A stretch of 63,224 nt of DNA, filler included, from Choristocarpus tenellus KU-1152 (lineage: Eukaryota; Protista; Phaeophyceae), in assembly GCA_964200185.2 (NCBI GenBank). It is 9 parts of 9 records of this genome, joined end to end, with 100 filler letters (N's around TTAATTAATTAA, not from the genome) between each part and the next. Parts side by side here need not be neighbours in the genome. Positions count along the whole stretch, not along the records: positions 1 to 9,354 come from CAXNAD020003754.1; positions 9,455 to 12,224 come from CAXNAD020024893.1; positions 12,325 to 23,573 come from CAXNAD020002427.1; 6 more parts are not named here. One strand, 5' to 3'. The notes under the pieces were generated by a model. That model was not told where the DNA came from. It was given only the letters and a program-made list of their open reading frames with translations, and made no database searches. Of the stretch, positions 1-13,103 are shown one piece after another. The number at the start of each line of letters is the position of its first letter. The first letter of the stretch is position 1. A program made the translations under genes and the position numbers.

Positions 1-303
1 TTTCCAGGCTCCTGAAGGTGAGGCAGCATTCCGGACTATACACCGGTAAATTCCGCTGGTGCTCCTCAGCAGGACGTCATACGCCTTCTTGGCCTTGGTG
101 ACTTCGTCTTCACTTACATCGTCGCCCTTGACGAATTCGATGTCACCAAATCTGATGGGTATCCTCCTATACTCCAGTGCCTCATCAATGTCCCCCTTAG
201 CCCCCAAAAATGCGCGCGTTGTAGCGAACCAGTCCGCATAATTGTCGTCCGAGAGATGGAGGAGTTTAGTGTTGGTCCCATCAGAAGCAATGAGTGGTGC
301 TAT
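1..303 (-). mobile_element. Ty1/copia gag N-terminus (UBN2-type), truncated at the window edge; probable start codon decayed to ATA
   Basis: Open minus-strand frame APLIASDGTNTKLLHLSDDNYADWFATTRAFLGAKG...KAKKAYDVLLRSTSGIYRCIVRNAASPSGAWK. It fits the copia gag pattern L-x3-NY-x2-W ... A-x3-L ... SP-x2-AW. A possible LTR lies upstream at about 494-642 (TGTT...AACA on the minus strand). Confidence 0.7.
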
Positions 304-3300
304 GCCAATTCAAAACAAACTAGTCTGGCTGCACCTCCCCTGGCCAGAGCTTGGATTAAGCGCTTAAGCGTGTTGAGAAGCTTGGCGCACATGAGGCTCG
401 TCGCTGGAAGCTAGCAGTTGAATTACATGGTAAAGCACACACTCAATTATTAAGTGCCCGTCAACCATCCATCATCACTGACGTGTGTATTAATGTTGAC
501 CTATTATATTATATATACGTACGTACTCTGTATCATATCAAACCAACTATAAACGTATGTATATATAACCTATGTTGTATACTTGTGTCAGTACAAACAA
601 CGTATGGATAACACTAGATTATTCGACATTGTGCCCCTAACAGACCATAATTCTTCCACCCACAACAAAACTCAGATTACTTCATAAACTTTCCCTTGTT
701 TGTTGTCTTTGACCTCTTTGTTGAATATTTTATTCTATTTGAAGTCTTTGTTGAATATTTTTGTTTTAGATCTTTATTGTATGTCTTGTGCGATAAACAT
801 TATCACATATACAATACTCTATATCATTGAACATATTTTATGAAATGAATCCTCATCAATCAAACACGCGTTCCTTCGAGATAGTTTCATATTATTTATT
901 CAATACTTAGAATTAACTTTGTCTACTCGTCGTACACTTCCTTGACCATAGCGTCAATTGAAGTACACAAATGTAAGGAGTGTGCAGTGGTCTTAAGCGA
1001 CCCTCAGAGAGCGCGTGACTGTTGAGAAGACTGCGGAGATCCATATTATTGTCCCTGTCAAGAGTGAGGACACCGTCGATACTCACTGTTGGTGAGTTGA
1101 GTCTCGTCGTAGAAGAAACTGAATATCCGATGGATCGTTTCACTGAAGGAAAATATCTGTAAAGAGTTCCTATGAACTCTCGACTCGTAGTGGAGCAAGG
1201 TCTTATGTTTACGGTAGCATTGTACTACTCTCTCCTCTTACTAAATCTCCTTACTATTACCAGAAGAAGACCATTCTTTATTTCTATCCTTGTGCAAGCT
1301 TTATGCCTTACTGTGTATCACGTCAGGACCTGAGTGAAATGAAGTCTCCCACGTCGTTGAGACCCTTTACCCCAGAGTATTATGGACAGAGTATTAAGCA
1401 GTTCCTAGATACACAGCGTTTGTTGTTGGTGGGTGACCTGGTCGACATGAGATGTGTACTACTACTGCGAGTGGATGGGTTGAATCTACGGTTATATTAT
1501 TGTCCCAAAGGCAGTGACTGAATAGACTGATCAACATGTTTTCACCTCGAAAAAAAATTGTATTCAGGAACTAATTATGTTGATGAGTGAGGTGAAGGGT
1601 ACAATAGTTGGTGTATGGTAAACGACGGCGAAGGATTTGAGTTGGTTGCCTGTCAAACTTGTTCCCGCATGCTCAGTCATGACCTATCGGAGTCAAGGCC
1701 TTCAGTTAGCTCGCACTGACTATGGACTCAATTTAAGGACTCAGGCGTGCGGTTTTTGTTGTCGAGGGGGGATAAGTACTACGGGGTGCATGGCTTGACC
1801 ATTGAACTCGATGGGAAACCGCACTCTATCCATCCCCTTGACCCGTTTCAGAGTCGAGAATCCCTCTTTGTGACATCTCTCGCATGGAGCGTTTTGGGTG
1901 CCCACACATTATTTTCGATGGTTGCCGCAACGACATCACATCATCGTTGATGGCACTACTAAATGATGATCCGAATCGATCCCTCCTTCCTTCCTTCACC
2001 ACCAGCGGGAGAAACCACCGAGACATTAGTCCGGCCTAGTGACAAAATCGTTGATAATAGGCCTTGAGGGAGGGGTGGGATTCTGTGAAGCCCAGCTCCA
2101 CAGGGAAACCTCTTCGTGATCCTCCAATTCTGTGCAGGACTGTTGCTCTGACCGTGTCAATGACCTGGAATGCTTCGAGTTGGGTTCTGGGAAATTGAGT
2201 CTCACCGAAAAATACTTCGCCTCTACGGGAAAGCTGTTGAGTTTTATGAGGTGAGAAACAGCCCTGCCAACCCTACTGTACCATCAAAAAAGAGGTATGA
2301 AATCTCCCAAGACAATCAACACTGTGATGCATGTGCACGTTTTGTCCATGACAACAACGTTACCGACCTTTCACACCCTGGTTTCAATATGGGGCAGACA
2401 GATAATTTACCTCCAACCACCCTTTACCTACCTCTCCTCATAGGAACCTTCAAAAGGGATATTTGGTACCTCCCAGTCCATCAACAGCGATACTGTAGTG
2501 CTCAGTCAGCATTTGTGGCTATGGAGAGCCTCCTCAAGAGGGTGCAGAGATGACACAATAGAGGTATGAGATGGGAGTATTCTTGTTGTTACTCCTGTGT
2601 ATTTTTCCCTCTTCATCATAATATGTGATGTAGGTTGGGGTAGTTGGAAACCATAGTTCCCCTTCTCAGTGTGATAGAGGTACATATGTTGAGACATGGA
2701 TACGTGGAGGCAAGGAATGTTACTTAGGTCAGTGTTTTCAGTTGGCAAGTAGGGGGACCTTTATTATGTTGATGGTATAGAGCAGAATGGTGTAGGAATG
2801 TGGAACCAGGTACATGGCACAAATGTTTAGAAGGTAGATAAGAGAGAATGGAATCTTTGCCCTATGTGATTGACCATGTTGGTTGCCGTTTTGCAAGTCA
2901 CAGGAACACACATATTTCCCGCGTTCAATTGAGTGATACCATTTTGATACCTTTTGCTGTTCTCTTGGTTGAAAATTGCCATTCAGTGTTTTGCCTTTAT
3001 GTTTGAGCAAGGCTCTGATGGTCACAGTTGTACATAGGCAGCAACTCTAACCATAACCCTAACCCTGATTACATCCCTAGCAGTCCAACTAATAAGGTTC
3101 CCTACATCATTCTACGAAGAGACTCTCATCCATTTGACCAGGAGAGCTACATTATGCACCTTTTGTTAGTAAAAATGAAACACTTCTTGCCTGGCCTCTC
3201 TACCTTGTCGTGTTCTTTGTTTATCTGTTGATGCGTGAGTTTCAAGTTCAACTTTTCTGATCATTTGATGGTGTAGATTAGAGGGATGTTTCAATATTTG

Positions 3301-6300
3301 TGTGTTTTGCTACTGTTGTACTTTCCTTCTTTCCCTTACTCTTGACTTGACAAGGCAATACGTGTCTATTTTGACATTGAAGCAGTAAGTTTGGAAGGGA
3401 GGGAGAAAGGGGGGGGAGGGGGGTCCTTGATTCCATTGAAGGTGATTATATTCTTCTTCTGTGTACTGGAGGTGTTCTGTTTTTTTCCGGGCAGGTTGAT
3501 TTTGACATCAACTATGCCATTTCAAGTGAAATCTACCCCCTAAAGCCATAGATGGAAAACATCTCTTTTCTGACTACTTATTTTTGAATCAAGTAGTACA
3601 GTGTATGCAGATTATATTGTGTGTGTGTGCCAAGTTGGCACTGTTACTGGAGTCTGCCACTTCCCTCAAGGTGGTCCCTGTGTGCCCTGTTGATGTGAAA
3701 GATGAGTGAGGAGCATCCTTGTTATAGCCTAAATGGACAAAGTATAGACAAATCCATTTGTTCTGTCAACGCAATCCAACACATCCTTTTGCAGCAGCCA
3801 AGATGTAAAAAGGTTTTCGTTATGTTTTTTCTAGCCATCCGTCTTACATTGTCATGAGTAGATTATAATAATTATTGAACAATAATATATATATTCGAAC
3901 CTCTTGTAAGACTAGATGCACATTAGGGCAAGGGCCTTGATATGCCTCCTTCTCGTGTGAGTAAAACCTCTCATTAGTGTTGTCATGAACATTTCCGTGT
4001 TTTGCTCAACAGTTTAAATTCCTCCATCCTTGCCTTGAGACCTTAAATACCAGTGGGCTCAACCTATTCAGAGATTTGTAGTGTACATCTTGGGTTTGAA
4101 CTGGCTGTGTGACCTGATACAACTGGCACTACACAGTCATGGCTGATATCTTCATATGCCTAATCCCCCTGCTTTTTCCCACCCGATTCTTGCCATACCC
4201 CTTTGCCTCGGTTGGCTCCAACCTTTTTTGATGTATGAGAGCAGATACATGTGGCATGTGAAGACTATGGATTACGACTATTTGACAAGTTGAGAGACAG
4301 ATATCACTGCAGGGATCATATTCTTGGAACAGGTAGAGGTAAGATGTGATGGAATGGATTTTCAGAGTGAATGTGTCCTTCCTGTGATATGTACTCCAGT
4401 GTGCTACGTTTTTGATGGTTCTACTGCAGTAGTATTTATCTTTAGATTTATCGTTCCAGAGCGACCGACATTGAAGACATTATGTTGTACACTCTAGGAT
4501 GTGCCCAACCATCACCCTAGAATCTACCCCTGATATCTACCCACCTTGGAAATGTTACAATTTTTCCTCTATCGTAGTGGAGATGGATATCGTAAGTGTG
4601 ACTCCGGCCTGAATGTGTCAATTGTCACCTTTCTCCCTTGGTCTATGGAAGTTTGCAGCAACATGGGTGGGTGTTAGCCGATACTGACCTGCTGAGGAGG
4701 GCTGGTGATTTTTTTTTATTATATTTGCTGACTGTGACTCATCTGCCCTCTATGCATGGACGGGGACTGTGTGAAATGTTTTGGGATATTCCGATTGTTG
4801 CCTGCTACAGGTGTACAAACCCATTTTGTGACATGTAAGACAGAGGGTGTGGGTTGGCATCTAGGATATACATGGGTACTTAGAGATAGATTGTGACCTG
4901 CTTTGTGTGCCTCCGCAGCTGTTGATCCGAATCAATTATGCCCTTTCTTATCCAATATATTTCAAATAGCTCAACTCATTCCAGGCCCATCAATGCCATA
5001 CCATGAAGTTGAAGAAAATGTGTCGTTTGTCTCACACTTCAGGAATGAGTAGAACGGCTACACAGAGGGAACCAAGCTTGGAAGAGTGAAGGAAGATGAC
5101 CGAGCTATGGTATTGCAGGAGATGAAGTTTTCCATTTCTGTGTCACACATGCTTGACACGAAAGCCTGGTTGAATCTCAGGATGATGTCATCCATCCCCA
5201 GTGGTGACTTGATTTCTCTTTTGATGTCTTCTTGTTATGGATCTTTGGGCTCTGTTCCAGCTTCTGGGATCATATCCTCATACCTATTACTATGTTGTGC
5301 GTCATGGTGGGAATAAATGGTATGGTGAAGGTGTATACAGCACACTACTTGCAAGCATCAACCCTTCTGATTTGTTGCATATATTATTGCGCTACTTGTA
5401 CTTTGTTGCACTGAGGGTTCCTGAGCAATGCTGAGGTGTAGTCTACCTCTGCTCCATGCTATTGTTTTTTTTGTATAATGTCAATGTGACTTTTTTCAGT
5501 CGGTTCCAACTTGGGTGTAACTATGGATCAGTCAGTGCCATTTCAAGATTATTGCCTGCCTTCTACACATAAATGTATGTGTGCTGATACCTATCTCTAG
5601 AGGCCATTACATAATATATATATGTATATGTATAGATGAATATGTTCTACATATAGGTCTTATTGTGTGTTGTCGGCCTTGATGCAGAGAAAATATTTCC
5701 CATCATATATCGATATTCCTAGTCTTTGTGGTCTTGTCAGGTATGAGTTTCTATGGTGTTGACTGAGTGACAAGCCATGTTACTTAAAGAACATCGACTG
5801 CAGGAGATGAGGGTATTTCAGTGCTGGGGGGCCAGAGTTGAACAACGGAATCGTGCAAAAGAGACCTCCAAGGCAAGAAGCTATGATGTGGCTCATTCCC
5901 CCACCTCCCCACACACAAATCTCCCATCACTGCATCCCCACCCTCTATCCACTGTTCAGTCAGTAAGAACATTGCCTCCCTTTTCCTTCAAAGACATTGG
6001 TAGGGATATTTTTCGATTTCTTCTTTTCAAACGAATTTTGGCACTGCCTTGGTGAAAATGTTTTATCTTTGACGTTTGTTTCATTTTGTCTGAGTTGATT
6101 AGTTACTCTTTGGAGCATGTGCTATTCTTAACAGGTTCTTCTCATTCTTGGTGTAGATGCTTTTCCACGTGAGGCAACCTGAGAAAGGTATATTACACTA
6201 GACCTGTCATGTGTCACGCTGTCCCAGAGTTTGTGAAAAGTGCACCAGTTTCAAGTGTCTTTCTTGCTTGTGGGTTACTGTTGAGGTTTTTGAAAGCTTT

Positions 6301-9300
6301 AGTGGTGGCAATTCCCTAGGAATGAAGCACAGGATCATATAGTTTAGTCTTGCTTCATCGAAATCAAGCACAAGAAAAGTGTTGGGATATTTGTACTATA
6401 CTAATGCTTGATGACCTTCATACGTTATACATGTACAGACATGTCAAAAAGAATTTCTCCTCCAGGTGGTACATTGCATCCATGGTATGCTGGTATTGTT
6501 GCACACACAGATTGTTACTTACATATCTACAGCATTGCCCTTACAGGATAATACACAATATATACATGCAGTGTACATAGTATCGACTTAACTGTGCCAA
6601 CCACCATGTCAAGCGAGTATTTGGAACTGTTGACCATTGGTATATCTCAGCATGCTACAGTGGTACTAGTACTAGGTGTGGTAGAGCAACTGTTGTTGTA
6701 TGCTACCCCCTCGGACTAACCTCACTCTCACATCTCAAATGTATGAACTTGCAGGTCTGCGCCAATAGAATTGTGTCCTCTCAATGATCTCAAGCTCTAG
6801 CAGAGCGTCAACTTGTACGTAACTGCCATGATCTTGTGACCAGGGATATTTCTGATTTCTGCAAGTATCTGAGTGACTATGGTGCAATGGTGAGAATACT
6901 TGTTTCATGCCTGCGTGTGATTCCATAATCGAGCAATATTCTATTTGTTGTAGGGTGTGTAACGTGACGGATCTTAGCACCAATTGGTTCTGTACTCCCC
7001 ATTTTCAGTTACCTGTAAAAATTTGTGTACAAATCATTCATTTTTTTTCTCGCCTGGGTTTATTTGTAACTGCAGTGTACATCCAAGTATTATTGGAAGT
7101 GGTATACACTGATGATTAATTCGTACAACTATGTGCAATTCTTGTTCTACACTTTGAATGGCGAATTCTCAACTCCATCCAGTTGTAAGTTTTCAACCAC
7201 ACATTACCATATGCTGGACATACCGGAATACAAATATGTCCAATATCCAGTAGTACACAGGTTTGTACAAAATTCACACACATTTTTTCTACTCGATGTT
7301 TGGTTCCATCAACACGGTTTGGAGGTGATGGACAGACCGTTTGAGGAGAAGTTTGCCTACTTCAATGCCTTCAGGAGTCTTGTCCTGCCAGGTGTTGAAG
7401 GCGCAACCATGTTCAACGGATAACTGTTGTTGGCGAGAGAGTATCGGGGATGGACTCGATCCTTGCCATGAAGAAGAGCCACCATTGGTGGGGAAGTCCC
7501 ACTGGGCAGGTAATTACCATGGCGGAGGGCTGTGGCATGTTGAGTGCTGATGAGGATGGGATTGCGAAGTTTGCTGTGAAGGTAGCCCAGGAGGTAAGAA
7601 TTGTGTTTGCAAAGGATTTACCAAGTGAAGTATTCGTAATACTAGATAGCACTCCGGAATGAAATAGTCTGTCCAAAGTTATGTTAGAGAGCTCTGCTGC
7701 AATTTGATAGTTTTATGGTATGTATTTCTACTTGTCCCCCCTCCTCTTTTCTGTGTGGTGTGGATGATTCTAGATATTTATTGGGGGATGAACATTTATT
7801 TTGTAAGTACATGCGGATCTTCGGCTTCATGTGGGAAGATGTTTTGGGTACCCTTGTTTTATACTTATATCAGCACTTGGGTGATCCTTTGTGTTAATCG
7901 GTCAGTCTTTCTCTTCTGAATGGCATGCTCAAGTAGGTCGTTCTGTGTCATGTGAAGCCATTCACTTTTTCGTGTGTTGTAGTTGTAGCTGCCTCTATTC
8001 CAGTCCTCGTGTTGCTGCATTGCATCATTTTGTACTTCCAAGAAGAGCCAAATATCCCTAGGTAGGGTGACGTTTTGTTGGTAAAACTTATATGGGTATT
8101 GGGTATGATTTCTACTAACAACGTTTGGTATCTCTAGTTTTTGTCAAGTTGAGTGTGTGGTGTGAGCAAAGCGTTCTTTGCTAATGACTTGGCGGAGTAA
8201 TATTCTGATTGATTATCTGCATACTGCTGTATGATTTATTGTTGGATTTGCACTTTAAAATTCCTGTCATGAAACAGTAGTGATTGGTGAAACATGAGAG
8301 GAAAGCAAGTAAGAAGAAATAATCAGAGCTTCATACCGGACCAGAAGGTAACCAGGCCAACTGGCCAGATCGAGGGCTGGGACTGATCCTCTTAAGTCAT
8401 ATTTCACCTGGACCGACTCACTGCTGGTCTAGTTAGAATCTTGATGACTCCAGTCCGACCCTGTTAGAACATTTGTATTAGAATGTAGCAATTCATGATG
8501 TCCTATTTGTGGACCAGTCTAGTTATACTCTCCAACGATCCTCGACCAGTCCAGGTAATCCAAGTGTGGTGAAAATTGTGAATTTTCGATGTGAAAAGTC
8601 CTACTCCAAACAGTGGTATGTAGAAGACAAGTTGAAGAATAATCTTCGCAACAAAAAATATGTTTTTCTGATATATACAGATGAGTGACGATTGAATGGA
8701 CGCGGCTTGGTCCAACTGCAACCTTGTTAGGCCTGGTCTGGCCTTGTTCCCTACATTTTATTAATATTTTACTATTTGCATCACATTAGTAGGGGATTAT
8801 CTTGACCCATATTTAGAGGCACTAATCACTGCACTACTTCTCACACTAACTACTGACTAACCGACCAAGTGTGCTTCCTCTGTTCCTGCCTTGCTTCTCA
8901 CGCGTATTCAGTTTAGCATTTTCATGGCTTGCCTTTCCGTCTCTTCCCTTGAATATCTGCTCTGGACCCGCCCCAAAGTTTTCAACTTGATTTTGGTCCG
9001 GTATTCTTGTTGTATAGCCACAAACAGGAAAGTACAGGTGTAGAATCCATTGCACTTGCAATGTGGAATAGGATAGTGGAAAACAGATTTTGTTGAAAAG
9101 AAGTCTGGCGTCAAAGGGGTTGAAATCTGCTATATCATGCGGGTTGGTAGTTGTTTAGTGAGCCACAAGAATGTCCTGTTTAAGAATACAGTTAACCAGG
9201 GCGGGTTCTCGGTCATAGCCTTGGACTGGTGGTCCTGTTGAAATTATTTTAGAAGTACTTACTATTTGTATGTAGTATAGCATTTCACCCGGACTGACTT

Positions 9301-9354
9301 GTGGCCCGGTGTAAGGTGGTTGAAGAACCACATGTATCTGGAAACCTCACTCAC

Positions 9355-9454
9355 NNNNNNNNNNNNNNNNNNNNNNNNNNNNNNNNNNNNNNNNNNNNTT
9401 AATTAATTAANNNNNNNNNNNNNNNNNNNNNNNNNNNNNNNNNNNNNNNNNNNN
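9355..9454. other. Artificial contig linker (N44-TTAATTAATTAA-N44); also at 12225-12324, 23574-23673, 37651-37750, 41790-41889, 47959-48058, 55277-55376, 59224-59323
   Basis: The same 100-nt N spacer carrying stops in all six frames occurs 8 times. Confidence 0.99.
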
Positions 9455-9529
9455 GGGGGAATGACCCGAACCCCTCAGGTTGGAGGGTTTGGATGATGAT
9501 GCTGGACATGATGCTAACCCCATCCCATG

Positions 9530-10675
9530 CAGCGATTGGGTTAGAAGGAGAGGGCATGATCCTGAAGCTGAGGGTTGAGGTTTAGGGCTTGGAGTTACTC
9601 TAACTGTAACCTTAACCTAGAGGAGAGTTGTTACGACCTTTTGGGGAGGTGGGGTTCAGACCTTAGTACACAGCAGTCAGATTTGAAAGAGAGGAGTCAC
9701 CTCCCACCCTGAAGGTACAGACAGGGCTTGGGAGATGGCGTATGTGGAGGGAGTTGGATTTAGCCTTAATTCTAACATTGCCTCTAGTCCAAAATCCACC
9801 TGATCCTAATCCTAAGTCTGATAAGGGTGAGATGGCACGTCCTTGGTCCTACCGGTACTGTAGGGTTAGGGCTGAACTTAACCTCGCACTAGCCCTAACC
9901 CTAACCCGTAGAGCATTCGATTTAGATAGAAGGCGCTTGACCTTTTGAAACGACTTGTTCTAACCCCCCCATTACAATCATTATTATTACTATTATTAAT
10001 TTATTGTCATTATTTGTGAGTGATGCTATGGGTGATGTCAAGGTCCACAGCAATAGTGATGAACGTAATCGTAATACTCTGAATAAACATTGATGCACTG
10101 CCGCTCCTATTGCCATAGAACAAAATCTATTTTATTGATGAAAAAGGAAAATGATTATTTCTGCACCAGGCATGTCCCGTACCCCCCTCCCCCCTCCCCC
10201 TCTTCCACACCTTTTGTTCTCACCATTCTCGTTGCAATCATTAGTTGTGCCGACATGAGTTGGATGCTTCTTCCTTCCCTGCTGCCAGGGGTGAACCTCA
10301 CCTGAACCTTACTCCAACTAAATTCATACTTCATACCAAAAGGATTGTATCACAGTATGCGATGGCCAAGAGCTTGTAGCCCACTTCCACCCTTCCTTGG
10401 GAGGCGATGTTCATGTATTCCAAATGTAACAATAACTTTTGAAAGAGTAACTGTGTGGGCCTACAGCCGTACTAGGCCAGATGAAACCACACAGTAGGAT
10501 CAATCAACCTGTACACCATGCCACTCTCTGGTGCTTTGAAAAAGACAGAACCTACTCCACAGCTTAACAGTACCAAAAAATCAACCTAGCCCTAACCTTA
10601 CCCCCCATACCTTCACAGAGTACAACACCGTGGGGAGGCGATGCTAATTTATTGGGTTAGGGTTAGGGTTAGGGT
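9530..10675. repeat. Interstitial, partly degenerate telomere-like TTAGGG/CCCTAA repeats
   Basis: CCCTAACCCTAACCC at about 9893-9907 and GGGTTAGGGTTAGGGTTAGGG at about 10654-10674, with degenerate units between. Other runs at about 3045-3066, 15071-15090, 22961-22970 and 52726-52752. Confidence 0.75.
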
Positions 10676-10746
10676 TTATCCAAGGTGGCTAACTTTTGTT
10701 ACATAAGTACATACATATATTTGTGTGTGTGTGTGTGTATTTGCAG

Positions 10747-11156
10747 ACCTTGCTTACCTACCGATTGCTTCAACTATCAATCATCAAACACCACTGTGGA
10801 AAATCATCAACAGGTGGCATCAAGACCAGATGGTCATCCCCGAAGCCCCCATTGTGGTGCACACCCTGCTACCGGCGGTGATACAGGGGAGTGAAGGGAG
10901 GAGTGGAATGGGCAATGGCGGCAACAGCCACCTGGGTGCTATTGAGGGCAGCAATGGCTGTGCCATATGTTCTTGTGACAAAGACTGGGTTGTGGGCTTC
11001 CGAGCCCTGTGGGAAAATTCGATGTCAGTTCTTAGGGTGGGCGATGGCGACACATACGCCATGACTGGAGGAGTCAATGACACTCACCAGCATGCTGTCT
11101 TTACTCCAGCTGGGATGATGAAACCACGATTGAGCTTCACGCACCGAAAAATTCAG
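10747..11156 (+). CDS. Probable internal exon of an unidentified gene
   Basis: TTTGCAG| acceptor after a (TG)n tract and |GTAAGA donor. Open frame DLAYLPIASTINHQTPLWKIINRWHQDQMVIPEAPIVVHTLLPAVIQG...KPRLSFTHRKIQ. No family recognised. Confidence 0.55.
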
Positions 11157-12189
11157 GTAAGAGAGAGACTGCTTAGAGAGTTTGGGGGTTGGGGGAGGGG
11201 GGTTGTGGGGGGGGGGTAATTCTAGTTGTTGTGGTAATCCTTAGGAATAGAGAGGGGTTTTGTTGTGCTTGTTGGAGGAAATAGTGAAGGGTAACTTTAC
11301 ATGCCAGGGAAGGAGGTTGGTGTTATATGTGGCATTATTATTATTTTATTATTGTTATTGTTATCATCATCACCAATGTTGCTATTCTTGTGCATTACGT
11401 TTTTATTTTATCGATATTACCATTATTTTTATTTTTTCAACTCTGGCCTCATGAATCCTCTCCATAAGTCTGTAGATACTGTGTTGAAATAATATCAAAA
11501 GTTTAGTTAATAGTATTATACACGCCTGCAAAATATTAGAGGGCGTAATAATTTTTAAAAAAATTGGTGAGGTTTGCGCTTTGTTCTTCGTTGCTGTTTT
11601 TTGTGCTCTGTCGGGGTTTCGAAGGAATTTGCTACTTCTATGAAATGGAAAAGGAAAAATAAAAATCTGAGGAATTTTCTGCAATTGTAATAATAAAAAT
11701 GATTCTTGTTCCTGTATCGTTCGACGTGTTTTGCAGCATGCTTACGTACCTGTACTTGGCTACTTTTTTTGTTGAGGTGCACTTTTTGGATACATTTCAG
11801 CCAATCAGATAATGCTTTTACATTTTGCTGTTGATAGTATGTACCAGTATATTTTTAACTCTTCACCACTTCGTTTTCATTGGATCAAAAGATTTTGTCA
11901 CCTTCACATTTTTTTTTTCGTGTATTATTTTGTGCCCCCCGCCCCGCCCCCACCCCCGCCCCTGGATTTCAAGCCAGAAACTTTTGTTGCCCTTTTAAAA
12001 ACGTTTTTTTCTGTTTCAGTGCAAGTTCCCCATAATTAGTGAATAATCTCGGAGTATGCCTTTACTATTTTGTGCAGTTTTGAGCTCTCCCGAAGGGCCG
12101 ACGCATCAGTCAGACCAATACAAACCTTCCCACAGTAGAAGCATAGCGTGTCACATGGCACCTTCACATCCTCCTCATCTTGGCACTAG

Positions 12190-12224
<35 letters not shown>

Positions 12225-13103
12225 NNNNNNNNNNNNNNNNNNNNNNNNNNNNNNNNNNNNNNNNNNNNTTAATTAATTAANNNNNNNNNNNNNNNNNNNN
12301 NNNNNNNNNNNNNNNNNNNNNNNNACAATTAAAAAACTATACAATACACGGGGGAAAGTATTAGGGTTGGGGAGGGGGGGGGAGGGGGGAAGGGGTTTTG
12401 ATCTTTCACATGAAAAATAAAAAGGTAGATAGTCTACATTAAAAATATGAAAAAAAGAACATTACACGGTATGTAATACAATACAATCAGATCTTGAGAA
12501 ACAGAGGTAGTCACATTCTAGAGTAGGTAGAACAGATACATAGGGAGAATTAGAGGGCGGGGTTGGGGAAATGGGGGGGGGGGGGTTGGGGGGCTCTATC
12601 CTTAATGCATCAAGTGTATGCCATATTTAACTGTAAATCTAAAAAACAGTCATCTGCCCCCCCAGCACACACGCACCTCATCATTATACCAAACCCTTTG
12701 ATGATCTGCATCTCCCTTGGTTGGCACGGGCATGCCATGCCATGTACTACTACATAACCAACACATGCCTGGTGACCTCTGCAAACCCAAAACATAATCA
12801 TCTCTTCATAAAACTACTCCAAATTGGAACCCAAATTACAAACTACAGTTACACCTCAAATCTCTCTCTCTCTACATATATATGAAAAGTCAAGCCATGA
12901 CACTAAACCAAAGCCAACGCCATCCACACCAACGTTCTCGATCCATAATCAACCAAACCCCCCAAATCCAACACAGTAGCCCCTACGTCAAAACCCAATT
13001 GTGTTCAAATGCCCATTTTAACGAACTTAGCTAACCCCCCAAATCCAACCGATTAACCCAACACCGAACCAATCAACTACCTCAACGACGATAATCAGCT
13101 CAC

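Noticed and set aside
9399-9410. Palindromic TTAATTAATTAA recurring 8 times
   Set aside because: Always centred in N runs; it is an assembly linker with six-frame stops, not biology.
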